Positions 47,614-56,618 of a stretch of DNA of 64,000 nt are shown here, one piece after another; positions within the stretch are counted from its first letter, which is position 1, and each line of letters begins with the position of its first letter. A program made the translations under genes and the position numbers. Below the pieces are notes generated by a model that had not been told where the DNA came from, ran no database searches, and saw only the letters and a program-made list of their open reading frames with translations. The DNA is taken from NCBI GenBank assembly GCA_045602545.1, contig JAZSBR010000024.1, forward strand, positions 20,749-84,748, written 5' to 3'. The stretch comes from Alphaproteobacteria bacterium (lineage in GTDB: Bacteria > Pseudomonadota > Alphaproteobacteria > RF32 > CAG-239).

Positions 47614-48159
47614 CTAGAAACCGCCATCATTGAAATAATATCTGGCACCCATTGAAAACTCTTTGGCGTGGTTGAAGTTGTCACCTTTGGCAAAAGAATA
47701 TTTAAATGTTGAGCGCAAGCTCCAATCGTTTGAAATTTTCCATTCTCCGCCGATACCCAAACGCAAGGTGTTTGCCGTATCTTTTTTGGTGCCTTTATAC
47801 TTAAGTTTTGAATGAATTCTGCCATAGCCGATTGAGCCTAAAATTGCACCTTCAGACAAATTATAGGCGTTGACATACAAGTCTGCACCATAACCATATG
47901 TTTTTCCATGCGAATTTGTGCCGTTAACTCTCTCTTTTTCTTTTAATGAATGTTGCAAAAACAATTCCAAAGAGGCAACATCAACGAAGTTTATTCCGCC
48001 GACAAAATTTGCGATGTTGTAGTTATCAGGATAGACTCCTTTAACATCGTATGTTGAATTAACATAATCGGCGCCGGTATAGAATTTGTATTCTCCGGCA
48101 TTTGCCTGTGCCGCAAACAATAAAACGGCAGAAACGGCTAAAAATCCTGATTTTTTCAT
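47614..48159 (-). CDS. Small outer-membrane beta-barrel protein (OMP_b-brl family)
   Basis: The start at 48159 gives MKKSGFLAVSAVLLFAAQANA, with GGAG upstream. It has a beta-strand pattern and a C-terminal Phe. Confidence 0.72.
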   Translation of the reverse strand: MKKSGFLAVSAVLLFAAQANAGEYKFYTGADYVNSTYDVKGVYPDNYNIANFVGGINFVDVASLELFLQHSLKEKERVNGTNSHGKTYGYGADLYVNAYNLSEGAILGSIGYGRIHSKLKYKGTKKDTANTLRLGIGGEWKISNDWSLRSTFKYSFAKGDNFNHAKEFSMGARYYFNDGGF

Positions 48160-48238
48160 TTTATGCTCCATAAAAAGTTCATTTTGAGGATATAATAACT
48201 AAAAATAATGACTTAAAAGTTAATTTCTTACACTTTTT

Positions 48239-48862
48239 TTATTTTACGATAACCGAGCGGGGAGTAATTCGGTCGGAAACAGTCTTTTTAAGTGGTTTGT
48301 AGCTCTCAATCATTGCCGTTATATCTGCGCTTTGAGTATAGTCACCTTGCCTTATGCGCATTAAATCAGCTTTGTGACGATTTAAGATTTGCGCAAATGT
48401 TTCCTGATAATTATCAGAAGTATTTGTAGTTGTTTTTTCTTCTTTATTCTTAACGAGAACTTTCGGTTTTTCTGCCTGAATTACTGTTTTTTCGGCAACT
48501 TTTGCCGGTTCAGGTTTGAGTTGTGCTTGAGTTTTAACAGGTGCCGGAGTTTTTGCTTCAACTTTTTCTATAATTTTTTCTTCGGTTTTTATCGGCGCTT
48601 GAGGTTTTATTTGAGCGCTGGTGTCAACAACAGGCTTTGTTTCCGTCGGCTTAACTTGCGCTTTTTCCTGATAATGCATGCTTGTCGGACGTTGTCCTTG
48701 ATAATTCATATTTTCAATTGCCGGCAAACGCTCTTGCTGTCTGGTTGAAAGTGCCGATTGCGGCATAAAAAAAGCCGGTTGTCGGGTTTTGCGTTGAAAT
48801 GTTTGTGCTTTCACGGCAACAAACGGCAAAATCAAACATAAAAAAACTACAATTTTTCTCAT
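48239..48862 (-). CDS. Hypothetical secreted protein with a low-complexity P/K/E/T/Q-rich middle region
   Basis: The start at 48862 gives a signal peptide (MRKIVVFLCLILPFVAVKA), with AGAGGA upstream. Confidence 0.55.
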   Translation of the reverse strand: MRKIVVFLCLILPFVAVKAQTFQRKTRQPAFFMPQSALSTRQQERLPAIENMNYQGQRPTSMHYQEKAQVKPTETKPVVDTSAQIKPQAPIKTEEKIIEKVEAKTPAPVKTQAQLKPEPAKVAEKTVIQAEKPKVLVKNKEEKTTTNTSDNYQETFAQILNRHKADLMRIRQGDYTQSADITAMIESYKPLKKTVSDRITPRSVIVK

Positions 48863-48950
48863 TTTATTTCCTCTTTGAAAGGCAAAATAACAGAAAAAAC
48901 TTTTTTTTGTGTTAACGAGCATTTAATAAATCTTGTTTATTTTCATAGTT

Positions 48951-49646
48951 ATGATGAAAAAAATTATAAATATATCGGCAGTTGCGCTTAGTTTGTTTCC
49001 GCTGTGTTCTGAAGCGGAAGTTACGCCGTTTATGCAAAGACGTTGTGATGAAATGTTTTTAAGTTCACCGGTGGATATTGAAATTAATTACGATTTAGGT
49101 AGCTTAAATTATGATACCTCAAAATCAAATGATGAATTGGCGGGATTATATCGTCAGCATAATAACGGCAGACCGGCAGATAATGTTGTTAACGGACTTA
49201 CGCTTCAAAACAATTATTTTCGCCTTACTTTAGATATTCAAAATCGGACAATCAGAAGCGGATATAAGTGTTATTATCCTTCAAAAATAACGATTGATAC
49301 CGGGTTTAGCGATAGTGTTATCTATCTCGCAAAATCGCTGAAGTCGGGGACTTGTCGCTTTGAATTGACCAAGCGCCATGAACACACTCATCTTGCTTTG
49401 GGAAAAGCCGGACTTTTGGGGCAGGTTGAACTTTTGCGCAAAATGTTGCCGAGCATTATCAAAAAACAAGGCGCGGTTGTCTCGGAAGAAAGCAAAGATT
49501 TGACTGAACAGGAAATTTTTGATTCTTATAATAAGGCAATAAGTGAAGTGCGCCAAATGATGGCAGATATCACTTCAGCCGAGCAACAAAAGCTTGATAC
49601 TAAAGAAAATTATATTTTGGAAACCGGTTATTGTCCTAAAGATTAA
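48951..49646 (+). CDS. Hypothetical secreted protein with an HExxH motif (possible DUF922-like Zn-protease)
   Basis: It has a signal peptide and the motif RHEHTHLALG. The family assignment is tentative. Confidence 0.45.
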   Translation: MMKKIINISAVALSLFPLCSEAEVTPFMQRRCDEMFLSSPVDIEINYDLGSLNYDTSKSNDELAGLYRQHNNGRPADNVVNGLTLQNNYFRLTLDIQNRTIRSGYKCYYPSKITIDTGFSDSVIYLAKSLKSGTCRFELTKRHEHTHLALGKAGLLGQVELLRKMLPSIIKKQGAVVSEESKDLTEQEIFDSYNKAISEVRQMMADITSAEQQKLDTKENYILETGYCPKD

Positions 49647-50298
49647 ATTGCTTTTTTAATAGCTTAATGCAATCGTGAATATTGTCTGTGGCATAGTCAA
49701 TATATTCAATAGACATATTATTCGGTTTGCCATGGCAAAGGCGGATGGTGTTCATGCCGGCTTTTTTTGCAAACTCAAGATTTGAATAACTGTCATCAAT
49801 AAACAGGCAATCTTGCGGTTTTACACCGATTCTGTCGCAGAATTTTAAGTATACATCAGGGCTTTCATTTTTCTTATAGCAATCAAAATCTTCAACGGAA
49901 TAAAATTTATCGGCAAAAAATTCAGCCAAGCCTAGATGTTGCAAAATGGCTTCACAGGCACCGCGAGAGCTGGTTGACAAGATATATTGCTCAGTTTTCA
50001 GCTCTTTTAATTCTTCCGATAAATTTTCATATGGGTTAATTATACCGACATTATTTTCTTTGCGCTTGTGATAAGCATCAAAAATCTCTTTGGGAGAAAC
50101 ACCGTATTCACGAATAAAAATTTCGCCTCCGTCACGATATTTGCGGTAAGATTCTTTTACTATTTCTTGTGCGGTTTTCAAATCAAGCGGAAGATTCAGG
50201 TCTTCAATTGCCGCCTCGGCAGTAATGCGATCAAGATATTCATGAAGCTCAGGAGTTTCACGATAAAGAGTGTTGTCTAAATCCCATACAATAATCAT
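49636..50298 (-). CDS. HAD-superfamily hydrolase (pyrimidine 5'-nucleotidase-like)
   Basis: The start at 50298 gives MIIVWDLDNTLY (DxDxT motif I). It also has ILSTSS (motif II) and FIDDS (motif IV). Confidence 0.8.
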   Translation of the reverse strand: MIIVWDLDNTLYRETPELHEYLDRITAEAAIEDLNLPLDLKTAQEIVKESYRKYRDGGEIFIREYGVSPKEIFDAYHKRKENNVGIINPYENLSEELKELKTEQYILSTSSRGACEAILQHLGLAEFFADKFYSVEDFDCYKKNESPDVYLKFCDRIGVKPQDCLFIDDSYSNLEFAKKAGMNTIRLCHGKPNNMSIEYIDYATDNIHDCIKLLKKQFNL

Positions 50299-50499
50299 TT
50301 TTTCTTGCCTTTTGTTATAAACAAACCTCAAAGATGATAGCAAAAATAAATCATTCGTCAAGCAAAAAAGACAAACAATATAGATAAATTGTTTGTTACA
50401 TTCGGTAAGATTTTTTGATTTGACAATAAGGATAACTTGAAGTTTAATGATGCCGAAAGGTTTAACTTTCATAGTTTTAACAATTAAAGGACTATAGTC

Positions 50500-51108
50500 A
50501 TGAAAAAGATTTTATTGTTGGCCGGTGTGGCTTGTGTTTTGAGCGCTAATGCTTTTGCTATTGATTTGAACCCGTATGTTGCCGCAAAGGCAAAATATGC
50601 TTTTGCTCGCAACACAATAAAAGTGACCGGTGTAAATGAAGGCAAGGCAAAATTTAATGATAATGTTTGGGGAGGTTCTATTGCCATCGGTAATACAAAC
50701 CCTCTTATTGACGGCGCATTGCGTTTTGAGCTTGAATATACCAAAAATGCCGATGCCGAGAAAAGAAATGTAAAAGTTAAAACTCAGGCTGTTTTGTTGA
50801 ACTTCTACTATGATATTGATTTGAAAAACAACATGCCTTTGACCCCATACATTGGTGCAGGTTTCGGTTGGGGACAATCCGAATTCAAATTTAAGCACGG
50901 TCATACCAAAGAAGATGGTGTTTCTATGCAAATCGGTGCCGGTGTTAACTACAAAATCTGCAACAATACCAGCATTGATTTCGGTTATCGTTATATGACC
51001 TATGGTGATTTTGATAAAGAATATCGTATTCCGGGAACTTATTATGAAAAGCGTGATTACAAACCACGCGCTCATGAACTCTTGCTCGGTGTAAAATACG
51101 ATTTCTAA
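50500..51108 (+). CDS. Small outer-membrane beta-barrel protein (OMP_b-brl family)
   Basis: It has a signal peptide ending NAFA, a beta-strand pattern, and the C-terminus GVKYDF. A terminator follows at about 51134-51160. Confidence 0.75.
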   Translation: MKKILLLAGVACVLSANAFAIDLNPYVAAKAKYAFARNTIKVTGVNEGKAKFNDNVWGGSIAIGNTNPLIDGALRFELEYTKNADAEKRNVKVKTQAVLLNFYYDIDLKNNMPLTPYIGAGFGWGQSEFKFKHGHTKEDGVSMQIGAGVNYKICNNTSIDFGYRYMTYGDFDKEYRIPGTYYEKRDYKPRAHELLLGVKYDF

Positions 51109-51243
51109 TACGATAACGTAAAATACGAAAGAAAAAACCGGACGCTTTGTTCGGTTTTTTTTGGTATTATTTTCAAATGAATTGTTGATTTTTTTTAATA
51201 TGCAAGCTACCTTATGGGAGTTAAAAGAAAGGAAAATTTACTG

Positions 51244-52368
51244 ATGACAATGTGGATTATGATAATGTGGGCAATAATTTTCTTTGTTATTGCGGCATTA
51301 TTTTATTTAAGTGACAGGGTGACAAGCCTTATTGATATTCAAACTTTTGCCGAGTGGGGAAAATTTAAGCAATTTTCGCTCGGATTGCTGATTACGCTTG
51401 GTTTTTCGGCTGTATTGGCTTTTTGCATAGATTTTGTTAATGCCATTGTTTGCATTATATATCTGGCGATGATTTGGGCATTGAGTGATTTCGCATTTTG
51501 GCTGTTGGCAAAATTTACCAATATAACTTTTGCTCATTATTACGCAGGGCTTACGGCTATTGTTATTACAGCCGTTGCGCTTATAGCCGGTTGGTATTTT
51601 GATCACCACGTATGGGAAACAAAATATGATTTGCAAACCAAGAAAAATATGACAGATTTGCGCGTTGCGATGTTTGCAGATTCGCATATCGGCACAACAT
51701 TTGACGGCAAGGAATTTAAAAAACATCTTGATGCTATTCAGGCGCAAAATCCGGATATTGTGCTTATTTCCGGTGATTATGTTGATGACGGCACAACAAG
51801 GCAGGAAATGATTGAAGCAACCGAAAATTTGGGCAAATTAAAAACAAAATACGGCACATATTTTGTTTTCGGCAATCACGATAAAGGATATTACGGCTCG
51901 GCTCATCGCGGTTTCAGCGCCGATGATTTGATTAAGGAACTAAACAATAACGGGATAAAAGTTTTGCTGGATGAAAGTGTTTTGATAAATGATTTTTATT
52001 TAATCGGCAGACGCGATTATTCCGTTGAGCAAGAGGCGAGGGGGCATCGTAAATCAATGGATGAGCTGATTGAAGGCTTGGATAAAAACAAGTATATGAT
52101 TGTTTTGGATCATCAGCCGACAGATTATGAAAATCAAGCAAAATCCGGCGTTGATTTAGTCTTGAACGGACATACGCACGGCGGACAGCTTTTCCCGTTT
52201 AATAATGTGGGAAAATGGATTGGCGCCAATGACCGTGTTTATGGTCATGAAAAGCGCGACAATACGGATTTTATTGTCACCTCGGGTATTTCCGACTGGG
52301 CAATAAAGTTCAAAACAGGTACAAAATCAGAATTTGTGATAATTGATATTAAAAGTGAAAGGAAATAA
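51244..52368 (+). CDS. Membrane-anchored metallophosphoesterase (YaeI-like)
   Basis: N-terminal TM helices are followed by DSHIG, SGDYVDDG, GNHD and GHTHGGQ. The start at 51244 has an AAAGGAAAA RBS; the ORF could start at 51214. Confidence 0.85.
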   Translation: MTMWIMIMWAIIFFVIAALFYLSDRVTSLIDIQTFAEWGKFKQFSLGLLITLGFSAVLAFCIDFVNAIVCIIYLAMIWALSDFAFWLLAKFTNITFAHYYAGLTAIVITAVALIAGWYFDHHVWETKYDLQTKKNMTDLRVAMFADSHIGTTFDGKEFKKHLDAIQAQNPDIVLISGDYVDDGTTRQEMIEATENLGKLKTKYGTYFVFGNHDKGYYGSAHRGFSADDLIKELNNNGIKVLLDESVLINDFYLIGRRDYSVEQEARGHRKSMDELIEGLDKNKYMIVLDHQPTDYENQAKSGVDLVLNGHTHGGQLFPFNNVGKWIGANDRVYGHEKRDNTDFIVTSGISDWAIKFKTGTKSEFVIIDIKSERK

Positions 52369-52371
52369 AAT

Positions 52372-52908
52372 ATGAGAAAACTTTTTATGACAACTTTAAT
52401 GGCAACAAGTTTAACTGCGGCCGCCGTTGAGGCAAAAACATTGGTGGCATATTTTACTTTAACCGGCAACACTCAAAAGGCTGCTAAAATCGTGGCTGAA
52501 GAAACCGGTGCCGATTTATATCAAATTGAGCTGGTTACGCCATATCCGGCAGAATATAAAGACCAGACCGAATTGGCAAAAAAAGAGCTTGCTGACGGAA
52601 CTTTGCCTCCGATTAAACCTTGGCCGGAAAATATCGGAGAATATGATGTTGTGTTTGTAGGTTCACCTGTCTGGTGGGGAACAATGTCTACTCCGGTGCG
52701 CACATTTTTAGCTTCCGGCGTATTAAAAGGAAAAACAGTTATTCCGTTTGTTACGCATGGTGGCGGCGGAGCCGACGATTCATTTACCGATACGGCAAAA
52801 CTTTGTGAAGGATGTAATGTTATCACTGATGGTTGGTCAGGTCACGGAAGCATAACTTTCGGACTTGCAAGATGGGCGAAAAACAGCTTGGAAGAAGCTG
52901 ATAAATGA
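52372..52908 (+). CDS. Flavodoxin-like protein with N-terminal signal peptide (Flavodoxin_4-like)
   Basis: The signal-like sequence MRKLFMTTLMATSLTAAAVEA is followed by LVAYFTLTGNTQKAAKIVAEETGADLYQIE. Confidence 0.7.
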   Translation: MRKLFMTTLMATSLTAAAVEAKTLVAYFTLTGNTQKAAKIVAEETGADLYQIELVTPYPAEYKDQTELAKKELADGTLPPIKPWPENIGEYDVVFVGSPVWWGTMSTPVRTFLASGVLKGKTVIPFVTHGGGGADDSFTDTAKLCEGCNVITDGWSGHGSITFGLARWAKNSLEEADK

Positions 52909-53615
52909 GTTTTGAAAAAACAATTCAAAAACTTAAGGTTTTTGTTCAGACTCTATTTTTGGTAAGCTTGGTTGTTCCATGGTTGCCACATCCGGAAACA
53001 GCGGGAAAATTGCTGTTTTGGACAGCGCCGATTTTGGGTGTTTTCTTTTGCGGTTGGGTGTGTCCGTTCGGAATGGCTCAAGATGCTCTTTCATGGATTG
53101 CGAACAAATTAAAAATACCGCAAATAACTCTTTCTTGGCGAGTCCAAAAATATTTGCAATTTTCGCGTTATATTTGGGCAGGATTGATTTTTTTTGCCGG
53201 TGTTAATTATGCTTTTTTGAATGCCAGATTTTATTTTCAGGATAATCTGTTTCATAATATGCTGACTTATACGAGCGGAGCGGTATTGGCATTTTTTATG
53301 TTTGCCGGTTTGTTTATTAAAAGACCGTTTTGTAATTATTTTTGCATGAAAGGTGCAATAGACGGCATGATGAGTGTTGTGCGCCCCATCAGCATTAAGA
53401 GAGATGAAACAACCTGCATTCATTGTCGTTTGTGCGATAAAGCGTGTCCGATGAACGTGCGCGTTGAAAAAACAAAATTTGTGCGCCACCCTAATTGCAT
53501 TAACTGCATGCAATGTATCAGCGCCTGCCCGAAAAAATGCCTTAAATATAAGTTGATGAGTTTCAAATTCAATCAGAAAAAATCAACAGATAACAGAAAG
53601 GATAGAATATTATGA
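52905..53615 (+). CDS. Membrane 4Fe-4S ferredoxin-type protein (NapH/MauN-like)
   Basis: It has TM helices, a CPFG motif, CIHCRLCDKACP and CINCMQCISACP clusters. Confidence 0.75.
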   Translation: MSFEKTIQKLKVFVQTLFLVSLVVPWLPHPETAGKLLFWTAPILGVFFCGWVCPFGMAQDALSWIANKLKIPQITLSWRVQKYLQFSRYIWAGLIFFAGVNYAFLNARFYFQDNLFHNMLTYTSGAVLAFFMFAGLFIKRPFCNYFCMKGAIDGMMSVVRPISIKRDETTCIHCRLCDKACPMNVRVEKTKFVRHPNCINCMQCISACPKKCLKYKLMSFKFNQKKSTDNRKDRIL

Positions 53616-53986
53616 AATCTGAGTATAAGGGGATTAAAAGAATAATCAAAGCATTTTCTTATTCTTTTGACGGATTTAGAGCCGTATTCAAATCAGAGGC
53701 GGCTTTCAGACAAGACTTATTGTTTTGTTTTTTGTGCGGAATAGGACTTTGTTTTGTTAAAATAAACCCTTTAATGTTGGCAATAATCTGTTTTTTACTG
53801 TTTTTCATTTTGTTTGCGGAATTGATAAATACGGCAATTGAAGTAATTATAGACCGCATCGGTGAGGAATATCATCCGCTTTCCAAAAAAGCAAAAGACA
53901 TCGGCAGTCTTTTGGTGCTTTTGTCTTTTGTTTGTTTCTTCATAGTTGTGATAATAGCTTTGATTTTCGGTTTGATAGAGTTTTAA
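53612..53986 (+). CDS. dgkA: Diacylglycerol kinase (DgkA)
   Basis: It is 124 aa with 3 TM segments. RIIKAFSYSFDGFRAVFKSEAAFRQD and ELINTAIEVIIDRIG are typical of DgkA. Confidence 0.85.
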   Translation: MKSEYKGIKRIIKAFSYSFDGFRAVFKSEAAFRQDLLFCFLCGIGLCFVKINPLMLAIICFLLFFILFAELINTAIEVIIDRIGEEYHPLSKKAKDIGSLLVLLSFVCFFIVVIIALIFGLIEF

Positions 53987-54112
53987 GCGCCAAAGAAGAT
54001 ATTTATACTATATAAAAAGCCTTCTTAGATTTATCCGAAGGCTTTTTGAGTACAAAAAAGGGACTTTGTGATTGCAAAGCCCCTTTAACAATCTAATCTT
54101 GCAAAAAATTAT

Positions 54113-54772
54113 TTAATTTGCAGTGGAAGTTTCCTGTGCATCTGTTTCATTTTCGCTATCTTCTTCAGCGGAATTCTCTTCAACTGAATCTTCGTCCATA
54201 TCAAATTCCATCATCATTTCATCATTGCCGTCACTTGATTTTTGCGAATTTTCTCCATTTTCATCTTGGTACAGCATTTCATTGATTGCATTTGCTACCG
54301 GCTTATTTTTGCTTGCTTTTTCATTAACAGGAATGTTGTTTATTTCATCCAATTCTGCCTTTGAAAGCAATAAAGATTTGTTGACTTTTGTATCTAAACA
54401 TTGCAACAACCAAGCATCATAAATCGGATGTTCTATGGCGTTTGTTGCCGGCGATGAAGAAATCATCCAACCTCTGAATACGTTTGTTTTGTTACCTGAA
54501 GGATCGGTATCCGTAACGTCAACAAAGGCAAAATTATCCGGAACTTCTTCGGCAGAACGCGTTTGACAAGAGCGCACAACAATTGAAAAAGAGCCGAAAT
54601 CAACTTTCCCGTTCACCGGAACATCAATAACGCTAACTCTGCCGGTGATTTTATCCATCGCCTGCATGCGGGCAGTATTTTTTTCCAAGTTTTCGGCATG
54701 AATGGGAAAACTTGCAAATAACACGGCTGAAAGCAATGCGTATGATAAAACGTTATTCTTCATTCTTGTCAC
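54113..54772 (-). CDS. DUF2155 domain protein with acidic C-terminal tail
   Basis: It has a signal peptide and RMQAMDKITGRVSVIDVPVNGKVDFGSFSIVVRSCQTR. The C-terminal 50 aa are D/E-rich. Confidence 0.7.
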   Translation of the reverse strand: MTRMKNNVLSYALLSAVLFASFPIHAENLEKNTARMQAMDKITGRVSVIDVPVNGKVDFGSFSIVVRSCQTRSAEEVPDNFAFVDVTDTDPSGNKTNVFRGWMISSSPATNAIEHPIYDAWLLQCLDTKVNKSLLLSKAELDEINNIPVNEKASKNKPVANAINEMLYQDENGENSQKSSDGNDEMMMEFDMDEDSVEENSAEEDSENETDAQETSTAN

Positions 54773-55217
54773 CGCCGTCAGTAACCATAAATATCACTTC
54801 GCCAACCAAATCCTCAATTGTTTTGAAGTCTTTTGTGTTGCTGAAAAAGGCATCCGGAGCTAAAATGTCGTGAGATTTTCCCGGATCAATTTTAACGAAT
54901 TTATCGCCGATAAGACCATCACTTTCAATGGATACGGTGCTGTCTGTCGGCAATTTGATATCATGTGCAATGCTGAAATCAACATTAACCAAATAATCTT
55001 CATTATCAAGCTTTTGCGCGGTGACAGTGCCGACTTTCACCCCGTTAATTCTGACATCTGAACCGATGCTTAATCCTCCGACTTTCATAAATTTTGCGTG
55101 CAAAGGATATCCTTTAACCACATTCAAATCGGAAACTCTTAAAGCAAAAAATAAAAACAATACGGCAACAGATAATACCACTAAGCCCATAATTGTTTCA
55201 ATCGGTTTTTTCTTCAT
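54753..55217 (-). CDS. MlaD-like (MCE domain) protein, copy 2
   Basis: An N-terminal TM segment is followed by the MCE domain (GGLSIGSDVRINGVKVGTV). Confidence 0.8.
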   Translation of the reverse strand: MKKKPIETIMGLVVLSVAVLFLFFALRVSDLNVVKGYPLHAKFMKVGGLSIGSDVRINGVKVGTVTAQKLDNEDYLVNVDFSIAHDIKLPTDSTVSIESDGLIGDKFVKIDPGKSHDILAPDAFFSNTKDFKTIEDLVGEVIFMVTDGGDKNEE

Positions 55218-55822
55218 TATTTATTCTCCTCTTCTGCTTCATTTTCATTGTTTTCTTCATTATTTTCGGTTTTTAAAGGCTCGCAATTTTTCTTGCGCTT
55301 TGCTTTACCCATTGATATCACACGATCAATCAACTCTTCCAAAATCATGGCATCTTGTGTGTAGATAAATTCACCGTTCGGAGCCAACATATCTTCAGAT
55401 CCGCCCGGATCAATCTCAACATATTTATTGCCGGTTATGCCGGAACTGACAATGGATATACTGCTGTCGTCCGGAATTTGTATGCCGGAGTCTATATTGA
55501 GTGTTAAAGTTGCTCTGTAATCAGAATCGAGATGGGAACCGATTACGCGCCCGATATCAATGCCCGCCATGCGTACCTGATCGCCGATAACAAGACCATC
55601 GGTACGATTAAAGGTGGCAAAAAGCTTATAATCTGTGGCATCTTGACCTTTCCATACATTGTTCTGAAGTTTATACACAGTCGCCAAAAAAAGGCAAACC
55701 GCTATAACTGCCAAGCCTATGATAAAGTTTTTCAATTCTTCTTTAGTAAAATTTTCCAAATTTAATACTCCGAATTTAGTACTTTTTTCATTATTACTAT
55801 TTAAAATACGATTTGTCATCAA
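55217..55822 (-). CDS. MlaD-like (MCE domain) protein, copy 1, with acidic tail
   Basis: It has a TM segment, the MCE domain (DGLVIGDQVRMAGIDIGRV), and a C-terminal ENNEENNENEAEEENK tail. Confidence 0.78.
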   Translation of the reverse strand: MMTNRILNSNNEKSTKFGVLNLENFTKEELKNFIIGLAVIAVCLFLATVYKLQNNVWKGQDATDYKLFATFNRTDGLVIGDQVRMAGIDIGRVIGSHLDSDYRATLTLNIDSGIQIPDDSSISIVSSGITGNKYVEIDPGGSEDMLAPNGEFIYTQDAMILEELIDRVISMGKAKRKKNCEPLKTENNEENNENEAEEENK

Positions 55823-55901
55823 TGATTTTTGTTTAATATACCGAAAATGTTAAAAAAGTTTTGATGATTAAACATAAACTCACAAAATGAGGGAAAAATC
55901 T

Positions 55902-56612
55902 ATGCTTGTTGTGCAAGATGTTGTTAAAAAATTCGGTAGTTTAGTTGCCTTAAAAGGTGTGTCATTTAAGGTTAAAAACGGAGAAATTGTGGCACTGCTC
56001 GGCAAAAACGGTGCCGGAAAATCTACACTTTTGAAAATTATCAGCGGATATGCGGAGCCGGATTCGGGTTTTGTTGCATTTGATAATATCAATCTTAAAT
56101 CAAACAGGCTTGAATTTTTAAATAAATCTGCTTATGTGCCGGAAAATATTGCCATATATCAGGATATGACAGTTTTTGAATTTTTGAAATTTAATGCTGA
56201 AATGCGAAGTGATTATTTTGGTGAAATTGATAGAAAAATTATTGAAATCAGTGGCTTGCTTGATTTGAATAATGTGTTGCTTCAAAAGTGCAAAACCTTA
56301 TCTAAGGGATATAAAAAGAGAGTGGCAATTGCGGCGGCATTGATGATAAATTCATCATTGTTGCTTCTTGATGAGCCGACGGAAGGTCTTGATCCGGTGC
56401 AAAAACGTGAATTTTATAAAATATTGAAAAAGCTTTCCAAAAATCATCATATAATAATTTCAACTCATCTGATGGAAGATGTTGAAGCAATTGCCGATAG
56501 GGTTGTTATGATTGATAAAGGATCGTTGCTCCATGATTTGAGTTTGGAAAAATTTAAGGCAATATCAAAAACAAATTTAATGGATTCGTTTAATCTGGCG
56601 GTGAAGGAATAG
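55902..56612 (+). CDS. ABC transporter ATP-binding protein (GldA-like)
   Basis: It has Walker A GKNGAGKST, the signature LSKGYKKR and Walker B LLLLDEPTEGLD. The start at 55902 has GAGGG upstream; the ORF could start at 55887. Confidence 0.88.
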   Translation: MLVVQDVVKKFGSLVALKGVSFKVKNGEIVALLGKNGAGKSTLLKIISGYAEPDSGFVAFDNINLKSNRLEFLNKSAYVPENIAIYQDMTVFEFLKFNAEMRSDYFGEIDRKIIEISGLLDLNNVLLQKCKTLSKGYKKRVAIAAALMINSSLLLLDEPTEGLDPVQKREFYKILKKLSKNHHIIISTHLMEDVEAIADRVVMIDKGSLLHDLSLEKFKAISKTNLMDSFNLAVKE

Positions 56613-56618
56613 TAAATT

